This document shows positions 1-12,366 of a stretch of 64,000 bases of DNA, in pieces (position 1 is the first letter of the stretch; each line of letters begins with the position of its first letter). The stretch is from Polymyxa betae A26-41. Lineage: Eukaryota > Protista > Endomyxa: Phytomyxea. Position numbers and translations under genes: made by a program. The notes beneath the pieces are model-generated. The model did not search any database. It had not been told where the DNA came from and saw only the letters and a program-made list of their open reading frames with translations. Where the stretch lies: contig RBZT01000261.1 in NCBI GenBank assembly GCA_003693705.1, positions 1 to 64,000 of the forward strand, in the 5' to 3' direction.

Positions 1-278
1 GGTCGGTTACGATTGTCCAAACGGTTGTTGAGTTGATGCGAAAATCCTCCGACATGACCAATGGCAGCAACTTGCTCGGCTGTTTTCGCTAATCCGGTTA
101 GATGATTCAAGATTGCTTCCGCCTGCTTTAATACATCAAGTGTTTGTGTCCATATTTTATTTTCTCGCTCCAGTTTAGTGTTTGTAGAAAGGGATTTTTA
201 GGGTTAGGGTTGAGTGGCCTCTTGTATCGTTCCAATCATGATCCTGTTTGTTTTTCATTTCTTTTTGAATATTGAAGC

Positions 279-2151
279 ATGGCATCAACGGCCGTCTCGA
301 GTGCTGCCCGGGCGATCTCGAGCCGCCCTCGAGTCGTTGTGGTCGGGACGGGGTGGGCCGGATTCCGATTTGCGAGAAGCGTCGATCGCCACCATTTCGA
401 CGTGGTCGTCGTCAGCCCTCGTGATCACTTCATCTTCACTCCACTTCTGGCGGTATACTGAAGCGCATCGGCTAACTTATTCCTGAACATTTATGAACGT
501 AGTCGACAACGGTCGGGACTGTTGAGTTTCGAGCAATCATAGAACCGATTCGAATCCTGAGCGAGTTGAAATATTATGAAGCCGAAGTGGCAGCGATCGA
601 TTTGAAAGATAAAACTGTCCGCTGTGTTGATTCTACAGTATGCTATATGTACAGGCGGCCGGCTTATTTCGTTCCAATTGCTTGATCAGGTTTTGTTTGG
701 TCAAGATGAACCACATCGGAAATTCACTGTCAATTACGATTATTTAGTTCTGGCTGCTGGAGCCAGATCTCAGGTCTGAGCTCTACCAGATTTCTCACTT
801 TGTTTAACAACCTGCAGACGTTCTCGATTCCCGGTGTTGAACAGCACGCGATGTTTCTGAAACAAGTTGGAGATGCAAGAAAGATCCGACAACGTATCGT
901 TCACGTTTTTGAACGAGCATGTCAACCAGGAGTGCGTTTGGTTAGACGTTTCGTCTCGTCAGTAGTAATGTATCAGTAGATCTCGGAAGAAGAGCGACGA
1001 AATCTTTTATCGTTTGTCGTTGTTGGAGGGTAATTACAATATTTCGCTCTCTATCAAAGTCTCTGATCTTGGTTGTAGAGGAGTAAGTCACAAAATGGCC
1101 TAGCTCGATATCGCTTGTTTATCGTTTTATAAGCCAACATCGATCGAGTTCGCCTCCGAACTGTACGATTTTGTTCAGGAAGATGTGACGCGATGGTATG
1201 GGCCAACTTTAGCTGCCGAAGTTCGAGTTGCTGTTTTGGAGGCAGGCAAAAACATTCTTGGTTCCTTCGACCGGAAACTTGCGGATTATACAACCAAGTT
1301 GTTCAAGCAGAGAAATATTGAAGTGTTCACTGAAGCTAAAGTGAAACGAGTTCTCAAGGAAGGCGTCGAGCTGGAAGACGGGTCCACCATTAAGGCCAGC
1401 TTGATAGTTTGGTCAACAGGTGAATACTGCAGTTACCTTCTGAGTATTTATTGATAAGCGTCAGGCGTTGCTCCAATTCCGTTAATCAAAAATGTATAAT
1501 GCTCGCTAACCAGCAGAGAGTGTTATCTAACTTTTTTCGCAGATGGACTGTCCAAAAGATGCCCGAAGTGGCCGAATTCTCGTAGATGGCCATCTGCGAG
1601 TTTCTTCACTAACAGGAGTATTTGCATTAGGTGATTGTGCAGTTAACAAAGAAGAACCGCTTCCATGTACAGCACAGGTTGCTCAGCAACAAGGCAAATA
1701 TTTGGCCGATCTTTTCAACAACTCGAAACTTGCTCCTCAGATACTGGAACCTAATAACGTTAGGATGCCAGATCAGTTACGACGTTTCGTTTGATTCTGA
1801 CAACCTCGTAGGCAGATGCGAAACCGTTCAAATATCATCATTTAGCAATGCTGGCTTATGTTGGAGGTTGGAATGCCATTGCTGATATTAAGAATTTTGC
1901 TGCTACTGGATTCGGAACATGGCTTTTTTGGCGCTCGGCCTATTGGACAAAGTACGTTTTCTATTCAAATCTCTGTCTATGAAAGACCTTAATTGTATAC
2001 TCTTTAGGAATGTCTCCATCAGAAACAAGATTTTGATACCGATGTGTAGGTTTCACAGCAAATGAAGAGCTCGTGTTTGCAATCAGTAATAACTTATTGG
2101 TTAGATTGGTTCAAGGCATGGATTTTCGGTCGTGATATCAGCTCCTTCTGA
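279..2151 (+). CDS. NDH2: Type II NADH:quinone oxidoreductase (alternative NADH dehydrogenase), multi-exon
   Basis: [13 protein letters not shown] first Rossmann motif, [12 protein letters not shown], spliced VVVGGGPTSIEF second motif, [21 protein letters not shown]-terminus [14 protein letters not shown]; many ~50-nt GT-AG introns. Confidence 0.93.
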
Positions 2152-2280
2152 TAATTTGATCTCCAATCCTAACTCCACACTGCGTTATTCTCAATAAAAC
2201 TTTTGAAGATCAGAAATTCGAAGAGAAACTTGATGGGTCATCACTTCGGAAACTGAGACGGAAAGTGATCGTCATCTGCA

Positions 2281-2590
2281 ATGGCGTCTACAAGACCAAA
2301 GCCTCGGGTCGTAGTGGTAGGGTCGGGATGGGCATGATGCAGGTTCATATGTGATATTGATCGTCATCGATTCGACTTCGTCGTCGTCAGTTCTCGTGAT
2401 CATTTTGTATTTACACCTCTGCTTTCTGTAAGGAAATCATTTCAAAACTTCACTGCGCTTATTGCTTCAAGCCAACTACACTTGGTACAAATGCTTATGA
2501 AGCAATTATCGAGCCTGTTCGAAAACTTTCCAATATTACGTTTATGAAGCTCAAGTCATTGATGTGAAGGCTACAGGCAAGCATCGATTT
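2281..2590 (+). pseudogene. Truncated, disrupted duplicate of the NDH-2 5' end
   Basis: MASTRPKPRVVVVGSGWA*CRF...SSRDHFVFTPLL; in-frame TGA at 2335-2337; same intron position (2428-2471); frameshift before YEAQVIDVK; homology stops near 2590. Confidence 0.85.
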
Positions 2591-2907
2591 TTGGCCGGAG
2601 TAAAACTTAGGTGTAAAAAACCCGATTCAAACAGCAACCAGAAAACACAAGAAGAAATAGCGGGTTCCGAGGTGAAATAAATGAATTAATGTGAAAATCA
2701 GTGGAAGATGTGAAAGCGTTGTAAATGACCGAGCCGACGCCAAGTCGCAAACCTGGTGGGCATGAGCATGAGCGCAGTTTCGGGATAAAGAAGCGCATCC
2801 AAAGCGGAAAATCGTGCCCAGCGCTGAGCCGCAGACCAGTCGGCAGGTCATCGTCGTGACCCTCGACACAGTCCTGTAATGCGATATCCCTTAACCGCAT
2901 TCTGGCC

Positions 2908-4238
2908 ATGGAGAAGGATGGTTCTGGTGGAGATGCGCCTCCATCCAACAGTAAGCTAAGAATGTCACGAGTTAAGGTCGCCTGTTGTCTGTGCTCGGCC
3001 GCCAAAGTTCGTTGTGATCAGAATCGCCCTTGCTCCAGATGCAAGGCACGTGGCACCAGCGATCTTTGCGTCGATCGGGCCGTGACGTCGACCCCGAACC
3101 GTGCCGTCACCAAGCAGCTCAAAGAAGTCAAAGCTTGCAACCCTTGCTATCTGGCTAAAGTCGCTTGCAGTGATACGCGACCATGCCCTCGCTGTGTTCG
3201 TCTCCAACAGCCTGAGAGTTGCATTATTCTTTCAAGACGGAACTCTTCCCAGCAGCAGCGTCAGCACCCAACGCATCCACCGGATGCAAGCGGTAAACCG
3301 GCGACGTCGGCAGCCGCTCTAATATCGGTATTCGCGATCCCCGTCATGGTCCCGACATCTCTTCGAAACCTGTTCATGAATGCTGCATATGTTCGATATA
3401 GCGTCGGCGAAATAGCGAGGTTTGTGAGAAACTCCAGCAGAATGTAAGAACGCGTCAATATCTAAATCAATTCAAAATCAACCGGTTATATGAAAAACAA
3501 ACCAGCAACGCTTACTGACTTCGCCAGGTCTCCTCTACTGGAATCGCTATCATCAACTCTATCGGCTAGCGATCAAGTAAAATTGCGGAAAAACCTTCTT
3601 TCCATTGCCGCTGGCAAGGAATTGGTCGACGAACCCGAAGCAGATGAAGCTCCCACCGCCTGCAGCCCGTTTTCTGTAGTGAACAATTGCGTCAGATCTT
3701 TTCTTGGGTTGTTCGAGTTTTTACCAAAGTTAACTGAATGTGTGCAGCTGCCTATCGATCTGCTTAGCATTGAGCCGAGCACCACATCTGACGCCGTTGT
3801 GAGATTTCAGGTCAACATTAACGACCCTTCAACAATTCGGAACACGATACAGATGTCTGCTTCAGCAGAATTACTGCTCGGATATTCGGTCGTGCAAATC
3901 CAGCGCGCCATCGAATCGACTCCGGCGCCCAAATCGCAGTCGTCTGTCACATTTATAAATGTATACTGGAAGTAAGCGAAACTAGTATGATCGGTTTTAG
4001 CGGCTATAAACCTGGTCTATCGGTCAGATTGTTCCATCCATCTTCATGGGAAGTCATCGCCTGCAATTACCTGGACTGCGTCATTCGTGAGTTGAGCTCA
4101 GCCCAGTTTCCTGTCCGTCTAATGCGAAGCGATGCCCGGACTGTCGATGTGTTATCAAGCTGGCAAATGGGAGTGACATCGTCTGGAATCCATACAATCA
4201 CTGTCCTCTTTACCCCGCTCATTACAGATCAAACCTGA
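2908..4238 (+). CDS. Transcription factor with two Zn(II)2Cys6 clusters and a C-terminal PAS-like region
   Basis: ACCLCSAAKVRCDQNRPCSRCKARGTSDLC and ACNPCYLAKVACSDTRPCPRCVRLQQPESC fit the CxxC-x6-C-x5-CxxC-x8-C pattern; C-terminal SASAELLLGYS...LFHPSS...VRLMRSD is PAS-like; 3 exons. Confidence 0.85.
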
Positions 4239-4922
4239 TTTCACTTCTGCTAAAGCGATATATGATTATAAATGTTTTGACTTATTAAAGTTACAAACCT
4301 AGCGTAGGCCATACCGTGATACTTGCCAAGCGTTAGCGTTCACCCGACAAACGCGTGGTTTGAAAAAATTAGAGCTTTGAATTGGGAAGTGATCACTTGA
4401 ACGGAACGAGGGCAAAACAACATGACCAACAGCATCCCTGTCAGATATGGGAACCACCAAATTGCGAACCAACGCGCCTCAAGGCACAAGCTCGCTTTGG
4501 AGCGACGACGGCGACAATACGAAAAGCTAAGAGCTTCGTAAGCGACCCTGAACTAGGCGTGATATTACTGTGAATGGCCAAACGAAGCCAGATTCGGCTC
4601 GGTCTTTCTCCTCCTTGAAGGATTGCCGTGCCGAAACTAAGCACGCAGTTTAGCCTCGTGTCATTCGCACTCAAATGAAACGGTACTTTACGGTTGATAC
4701 CACAGGCCCAGCCTTCTATTTGAAACGTGACAGCAGGCAACTCGAACTGGAGGTCCCTTTTCGGGTGTCGGCTGTCTTCCTTACTGTTTTGCTTTGCGTT
4801 GTAGACAGGTAGGTAGATATTGGCTTCAAGAGCCATACCAACATGATATCTAACACCATGAGGTAGGATTCGATGAGTTAAGAAGATGTATTCTTGCGAT
4901 CTCTCGTAATGTTTTATTCTAG

Positions 4923-5790
4923 TTACGCTTCATGCATTTTGTTAGCGTCGTCATTTTCAAGCAGGGATCTTTCCGATAATATCTGGTAGTGTAAGCGTTT
5001 CAATGACAGGTAGAAGGAAACAATAAGAAAAGAGCAGCTATAAGAAATTACCATAACCTGAATGACCTCACACAGTAAGTCACTGGATTTGAGGGGCCTA
5101 ATAGCGATTACCTGATTATGATTCATGAACGCGCTAAGAAACAGATAGGAATGATAAACAACTATTGAACAAAGAATTTTGGCTGTTTTCCAAATATCTT
5201 CGGTTATGCTGGAAACAGGACCTCGAAGTAAACGAACACCTTGTAGGGTTGCTTCAAACAGGCTATAGAATGTCAATACCAGAAAAAACGGGTAACCATT
5301 TGCTTACGAAAACACCAAGATTAGAGATGAATATGGGAATGTCTTGGTAGCAATATGAGCCCAGGTCATCAGTAACGACCCATTAAGGAATATGGCATCA
5401 AATATAATACTTTCACGATTGCGATGCGTTTTGCCGATGCTTTCGATTAATTCATAAAATTGGCTAGTGCATTCAGAGGTTGGCTTAGCTTTATCCAAAC
5501 AAATACCTGAAGTAAAACAAATAAATGCATGGTAGTAAACTTGACCAGCTGCTTTGATCAAGAGTTATCAGAATCAAATCAGTGGGAGAGGCGGCATGAA
5601 GAAGTTGCTGAATCGTTCTGCATGTAATCACAAGCGAGATTGTAAATCTAATTGCGACACTGTATTTCGGTGGAATCTGAGATTGTGGCTGTTGCCGGCA
5701 GATTGCTAGATTCGGCATTCGGGAGAGATGCGTCAGGCTTGCAATCATTGGAAAAGCAGCAGTATCCAACGGAAATGAAGCTATCATCAT
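4923..5790 (-). CDS. Hypothetical multi-exon protein
   Basis: Chain of minus-strand ORFs separated by intron-sized gaps; no recognisable domain; start uncertain. Confidence 0.35.
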
Positions 5791-5923
5791 TGGGAAAGAT
5801 ATAAAAAGATCGAGAAGATTCGGTACAGGCGTGATCAAACAGCACAAAAAAAGTCAAAAAGAACATTCTGCAAGCAATTACAATCAGGAATTTATAGTTG
5901 GCATTGGAAGAGAAGTAAGCAAT

Positions 5924-6943
5924 TTAGGCAACCTTCTTCTTGGCTTCCGGCTTGCGACTATAGGTGGCAATTGCAAACTCTATAAACATGTAGAGAACAA
6001 TAGCCGCATACGTTTGAGTAAGCGACAATGACATGGTCTGAATCAGATAGCGTTATTAAGGTTGTAATGGTAAACAAAAAAGTAATACCTGGTGTGGATT
6101 TAAAGCACCTTCGGTAGCGTAGTATCCATACGTCACAAACAAGCCCAAAAAGAACTGGAAGATCTGCAACAAAGTCACCATGATCTTGAGTTTTGGGCGG
6201 AACCCAATCGTCGTCATCGCATAATAAAAGTACATGACGGTATGAACCTATCCAATCATAAAGAATATTGGAATGGGCCAAAAAGGCTACTTACAAATGC
6301 ATTGAAGATGACAAAGACCCAAGTGCAGGGGCATCGCGTAACGACGGCAGTCCACATAGTGATCACAGCACCGATATGGTGGAAAACCTGCAAGGTTGAA
6401 GGACGGCCGCCCTTATACAAGATGATCCAGGTATCCAAGAACTCGTAAAATTTACTAGCAAGTAAATTTAGCAATAGATTCGATAAAGTCAAAAACAGAC
6501 CGACCTGATGTAGAACGCCCAAGCAAACGGCCCAAAGAACGCCCAATGTTCACCTTTGTAGGCATTCAAAGCGAAACTACGCCATGATGATGCCTTTTGG
6601 ACGGCTTGAATAAAATCGGGACAAGTTAAAGCGAAAATAGCAGCAGAGAACACCATCAAGCCAATGTTGTGAAGGAACAAAAATATCTTCACGATAGCGG
6701 AATCGGGTTTACGCCTTTTAGCATTGCCATTGGATTTCGGCCAGAATACCAACAGAGTCAACACATAGCTGCAAATTGTTATTTCGATTGCAATAAAAAC
6801 TGATGGAAGATTTACAAGGCGCAACCGATAAACGGAGCTTTCACGTCCATGAGAGGATAAGGTTCGTTCATAGACGAGAACCGTTGAATAAGATCGTTAG
6901 ACTTGGACGCGAAATTGGAGGTGAGCGAGTTCATGAAGTCCAT
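5924..6943 (-). CDS. GNS1/SUR4 (ELO) fatty-acid elongase
   Basis: SKFYEFLDTWIILYKG, LQVFHHIGA His box, FLFLHNIGLMVFS, spliced C-terminus KPEAKKKVA* with a KKxx ER-retrieval signal. Confidence 0.92.
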
Positions 6944-7425
6944 AGCGAAGTTGGCGGCCGTCCAAGCGGAATGAGATCGATAGCCGATAGGGGTCGATGG
7001 CGGATCCCTCTTCCGGACTAAAATTCCGCACATAATCTGCCGGCTCGGCGGGCTTGACAGCTGATTTGCAACAAAATGTTTCCGGTTATGTTCCCGTGAA
7101 ACGGTGTCCAGCAATCTAACCTGACGACTTGGTGCCTGTGAGCATGAATTAATTTAAAATTATGTTTTCTGTACGCGAAGCCTGTTATCCATCATGGTTG
7201 AATTTAATTTTTATATAAATCGAAAACAGCTCTGAAAATCTGAGTTTCTAAAAGTTGAGAAATTATTATTCAGGATAATGATAGAAATGTGATTTCGGTT
7301 TCCGAGATGACTAATATAATATAAACTGTGTTTTCGTTCGAGTACCATAGGCAACCCTGTAGAGAGACATCAGCTCGATTGGATCGAATCTCTGTATACG
7401 CATTCCTTAATCGGAGCTAGAAGTA

Positions 7426-8485
7426 ATGCCGGCGGAGATGGAGGGCGACGAGCTCGTGGCCAAGGCTCGCAAAGCTCATACTAAAAATCTGTTTAATTGG
7501 ACGGCGGATTGGGCGTCAGCACTGCTGTACTATGAGCAGGCCGCCAACGCCTACAAGAAAGACGCCGGTGCCAGTTGCCAGACAAAAGCTGTTGAAGCCT
7601 TGCGCCAGGCGTCCAAAGCAGCGGAGGAACTATCTAACGCTAACGCTGCCGCAAAGCATTTATCAGCGGCTGCCGCGATAACCTTGAAACTTGGCGATAA
7701 GGTATTGATGGTTTCAACATTCGGCAAAAGTTAAAAGAAAACTGCAGAACACTGCGGTAGCTTTAATGAAGGATGCTGGGAAATTGTATCAGGAGAACAC
7801 GCAAGCCAGAAAAGCCGCCGAAGAACTTACTAAAGCTGCCGGATGGATTCGAGATGAGAATCCTGATCAGGCTTATGCCTTGTATAGCGATGCCTGCGAC
7901 ATCTACGAGACCGAGGGCCAGACTCAAATGGCACAAGACCTGTACAGGACGGCTTTGGCGTTCCTGATAAGGGAGAATCGCCTCTCGGACGCCATTAAAC
8001 TTTTGACCAAGCAGAACAAGGGCTTATTCAAACACATCGGTTCTTTTTCGGAGGCCTTTAATAAGAATTGCCTGAACGTTTGCGTGTTGCATCTGTCTTG
8101 CCGCGAGACACAAGAAGCCGCCATCAAGTTGACCGAATTTCAAAGGTAGCTCCACTGCTTCCTTGCTGTTAATGTTGTTTAGTGCCGTCGCAGCGCTCCA
8201 TCGAACTTTCTAAACTCGAATGAGGGCACCTGTGCGCAAGCACTCGTCTCTGCGTTCCAAGAATGCGACCCGGAAGCACTGACGAAAGCGAAATCCGATC
8301 GCACCTTAAATTACGTTGACAATCAGGTTTGTATCAAAGCTTTTTCTAGAGCTGAAAATACTGAGTGCTGGTACAAGATTGCTCGATTGGCCCGGGATCT
8401 TACTATTGACGATTCGGCAAGAGAAGCTGCCAAAACGATGGGTGCTGCAGCTGCGTCAGGCGGTGATGAGATCGACTTGACTTAG
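7426..8485 (+). CDS. NAPG: Gamma-soluble NSF attachment protein
   Basis: KNLFNWTADWASALLYYEQAANAYK N-terminus, TPR-like SNAP helices, acidic end GGDEIDLT*. Confidence 0.85.
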
Positions 8486-8564
8486 AAACAGTTGACTTTC
8501 TTGACATGGATTCGCCCATGCCGACTATTTATAGGTTAAATAAAGATAATCGTGACAATTTGGG

Positions 8565-9037
8565 TCAACTAGAAGAGCTTTCTTGCTCCTGGGCGAGATT
8601 CTTGGCCTTTTCTTCCATTCGTCTTTTATAAGCGATCGTTCGCTCACCAACTACTGTTTTCAGTCTGGCCATCGACTGTTTAACCTTCTTTAGACGTCCC
8701 GGATTTGGCATCATAACTTTCTGGGTTCGGCAGGCGTGACGAAGTGATAGCAACATGTTCTTTTCTTTCAACAGAACATACCAAAGCTTGTGCAGATCTT
8801 CAAACGACTTCAGTCTTAATTCTGACGCCCTCCATGCTCGGCCTACGAATCAATGTTAATTTCGCTACAAAATAACACCCAGCTATAACAGTACCCACCG
8901 ACGCGAATGGCATTGGGATCGTCGACGAAAGCATTCAAAGGGCTGTTATTGGCAACAGAAGATGTCGAGCTCCATCGAGCAATAATAGACGAGCGCATGC
9001 GACCGGTAGTAGACCCAGACAGCAATCGCTGCAGCAT
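8565..9037 (-). CDS. MRPL47: Mitochondrial ribosomal protein L47 (uL29m)
   Basis: Spliced [33 protein letters not shown] and [19 protein letters not shown]; Arg/Ser-rich transit-like N-terminus. Confidence 0.93.
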
Positions 9038-9275
9038 GGTTGGAGGAAATGATGATGGTGAGAGGCCACCTACCTAAGCGACATAGTTGCGGGACCCTCT
9101 ATCAGTCACCATCTCGCATTTTCTCAATTCATTTTGTGTTTTATCAAGATAAGGAACAATGAATTGGATTGGATTCATCTAGTTCGTCGATCTTTGTCAA
9201 GAGGCGGCTCTGCAGGATTTTTATGAAATTGGAATACCTGGGGTGCTCGGGTTAGAACTGGTGGCCATTTTATTA

Positions 9276-10883
9276 TTACTTTGGCTTTTTTTGGTTCTTT
9301 AGCAGCGATTTCGAGCGGACGAATGGCCTCGGCGCCATCGCTTGTTTTGTCTGCTGGATGCCCAGATTGCATTCGAACAGGTTCACGAACGTGTTTGATA
9401 TTTCAAATGATAGCTGCTGCGACCGAAACAGGCAGTTGTCTTGGAATTTGAGAGTGTTCAGATACGCCTCAATCCACAACGTATGACAGCATGGGTTCCT
9501 CTGTTTCACTGTTAAATCTCTGATTGTTGCAAACGCTCGATCAAACCATGATCCGTAAATCATCGCTTCGTAAGCTTGCCTGAAGCTGTTTATATGCTTC
9601 CTCTAAGTTAGCTTTGATATCGAATTTGTCCTACCATTTGTTTCAGTTTTAATAGCCTACACGTTTGATTTTAACCTCTTTTGTTGGTCGTTTCGGAGTC
9701 TCAAGAAGATCGACCAGCTGTTGCTTCTGCTTGTTTTTTAACGATCGTTTTTTTCGGTATATCAATGAATTTCTTTTGTTGTTGCGAAGGCTTTCTTCTT
9801 CAGCTTGTGCCTGATCCAAATTTTCGATTACAATACCTGAGCAAAGCTTTACGAATTAATTGACATGCCCTTTCTTATACCTATAAACAGGTTTGCAAAG
9901 ACAAAGTTCCCTATGAATACAAAGGTAATTAGAAACAATCTGGGCCAATCTTGCCCAGGATAGGCCTGGTCGAGATCTTGTTGGAAATTTGTCCAGTTAT
10001 TACAAGTAACCATATCCCAGAGAGTGTATCTAAATGAGGTCAGTCTCCAACGGCTAAATGATATTCAGGTATACAGAGCTGTTGGTAGATCAACCCAGTC
10101 ATTCGGGACGTTGTCTGGAATATCCTGTCCGAAAAGATACAGTCCTGCTACAGCGAATATGTACATGATTAACAACAATAGGACCAGCAGGCTGCCGATA
10201 GAATATATCGTTTTAAGCAACGCAACCACAATAATTTGCAATGATCGAACGAAAGATACGCTTCGTAACGCCCGTATTGCTCTTAAAGCTAGACGATATC
10301 AATTTCTCTAGTTTGCTAAATAGCTGGAATTCACCGCGAAAAACACGAAGGTAGGCCACATTTCCCAGTATTGCTATATCAAACGTGTCGCGAATGAAAT
10401 CGAATATCGAAACCACCAGAACGAAGAAGTCGAATCGGTTGTAGCTGTTAGAAAGATACCCTTTTCCTAGGGCAATGGCTTTAAGAACGAATTCCGCCAA
10501 ATAAAGGACCAAGAACACGATATCGGCTATCTGATACGACTTATTTGAAATCGAGAGATCGGGGACTGTCTTCAATGCGATGGAAACCGAATTCATCAAT
10601 ATCGCTAGCATGATTACTCTCTCAAAGTACACATTCTGTTTGGCATTAAGCATCGATACGAAAATGCCTTTCGGGATCTGCTTACATTCACGATGAAAGC
10701 GACGAACTGCTGAACCGATACATCATCCGTGTTGTTTTTGGTGTTGTCTGCAGTTTTTTTCAGGATACGCGATTACAAAACCAATGACAATGCACCACCT
10801 GATAGAGTATTTAGCTGTGCTTGCAATATTGATTTCGCGAATCGAATATCATCATCAATCGCGGAGAGACGATTTGCTTCCAT
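9276..10883 (-). CDS. CATSPER3: Single-domain 6TM cation channel, CatSper3-like
   Basis: S2-S3 EFVLK...YNRFDFFV; S4 LRVFRALRAIRALRSVS; pore ALYTLWDMVTCNNWTNFQQDLD; S6 FIGNFVFANLFIG; tail WIEAYLNTLKFQDNCLFRSQQLSFEI resembles the CatSper3 C-terminus as I recall it. Confidence 0.75.
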
Positions 10884-11076
10884 TATATCAATCGGGTACC
10901 ATTGGACCGCTCCTCTATTGGTGTCATATTTAAGATACAGATGGCATAGTTAAAGTTTATTTAGCCAATAGGCCCAGCCCTTCACACCAATATTAGCTTG
11001 ATAACTCAATAGGCGGGACAACCATGCCGACATTGCTACAACTTTCACAATTGCAAGGTTGTAGGAAAGCCATAGT

Positions 11077-12366
11077 TCAAGAAAATCTTCGCGGCCGTTT
11101 TGTGCCAGCAACGTTGTCATTATCAAATGATTCTGGAGCAGGAGAACTTGCAGGCTCTCCAGCTGCTGTAGCTGACCGCTTACGTCTTCTGGACTCTTCT
11201 TGAAATCCCTCATCCGGGTTAACATCACTGGCTTTGTCATCGTTTTCGGCGTCTATCAGCCCGCTTAACACACGCCATTTTTTGGCAAGCGATTTGGTCG
11301 AGCGATCGGGGTTATCACCCCAATATTCGGCTAAAATTCGACCCCAATCCTGTCCAAATCTAGCCACACCTTCCTGAGTAGAATGTCAGGTACAACATTA
11401 AAGAAGGAGGCCTATCACATACTCGAAGGTTTTGCTCTTCCTTCTCAGTATAGAACCTCTGCGTTGCACAGATGTGCGATCTATCGCCGTTCTCTGTGGA
11501 CTCAGGAGCCGAAGAACGTCTCGTTCTGCCGCCACGCTTCCCTCGTAATTTGGGCGCTGGCAGGCTTGACCGCCTCGTCTGATTTTCCTCCATATTCTCC
11601 TCGCCACCCTGTTCGGGTTTCGTCTCTTCTGGAGCCATCTCTGCTGTCAGACGATGCCATCTCTCACTCAGTGCCTAAATGACAACTGAAAATCTGCTTC
11701 AAATAAACCACCAATGCTCATACTCTCGTGTTCCTTCCCCGGAAATCATACGTTTCTAGAATGGCGTGCCAATCCTTGCCAAATTGAGCGACGCCGGCTC
11801 GAAGATTATCGAGATCGGCTGTCGTCCAGCGCATCGCAACCCGGCGCTTCCCTTTGGGGGAACGGACAGCGACGTCCTCCTCATCAGCCCGAACTGAATC
11901 AATACTTTGCATTTCCTCATCAGAGACGTCCTGATCGGATGGAGATTGTATCGCAGCCGGAACGAACGTTGGATCGTGGCGTCGGAAAACGACATAGAGA
12001 TATTTATGGTCGAGGCAAAATCGTGAATAAGTCCCGACGTCATACTCGGCGATATCGCAGGTCAGCTCCTTATCGGTGCTCCGGATGACGTACCAGCCCG
12101 TCAGAAGAGCCTGGTCACGGTTGAAGTGATCGCACATGACCTGACGATATCAGGAAGGGCTGAGAGTTAGCAGCGAACGCGCTTACCTCGGGAGAAGGCG
12201 AACGACTGCAGCTGAACGCCAAGGCGTTGGTCAGCGTCGATAGGAAAAGCCGGAAGCCGACCGGAGTCAGGTCGTGGTCGAAGACCTCGCAGGTGACGCC
12301 GGTTGGCAAGCGATAGGCCGCCGGCAGCGTCGAACTGGGCTGGAAGTACATCATTGAGGACGTCAT
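11077..12366 (-). CDS. Protein with two Myb/SANT (TRF/telobox-like) domains
   Basis: RWTTADLDNLRAGVAQFGKDWHAILETYDF and FYTEKEEQNLR.GVARFGQDWGRILAEYW...RSTKSLAKKWR; basic NLS-like stretches. Confidence 0.8.

Noticed and set aside
1-190. Open minus-strand frame at the window edge
   Set aside because: No start or domain identifiable; may be part of a gene outside the window
2335-2337. In-frame TGA as selenocysteine or an alternative genetic code
   Set aside because: It replaces a Gly, comes with a frameshift and truncation, and TGA ends normal genes in this window
4441-4836. 131-aa minus-strand ORF
   Set aside because: No recognisable domain or supporting exon structure; cannot be called
7342-7355. 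GTACCATAGGCAAC resembling an RFX X-box
   Set aside because: Imperfect single match upstream of non-ciliary genes
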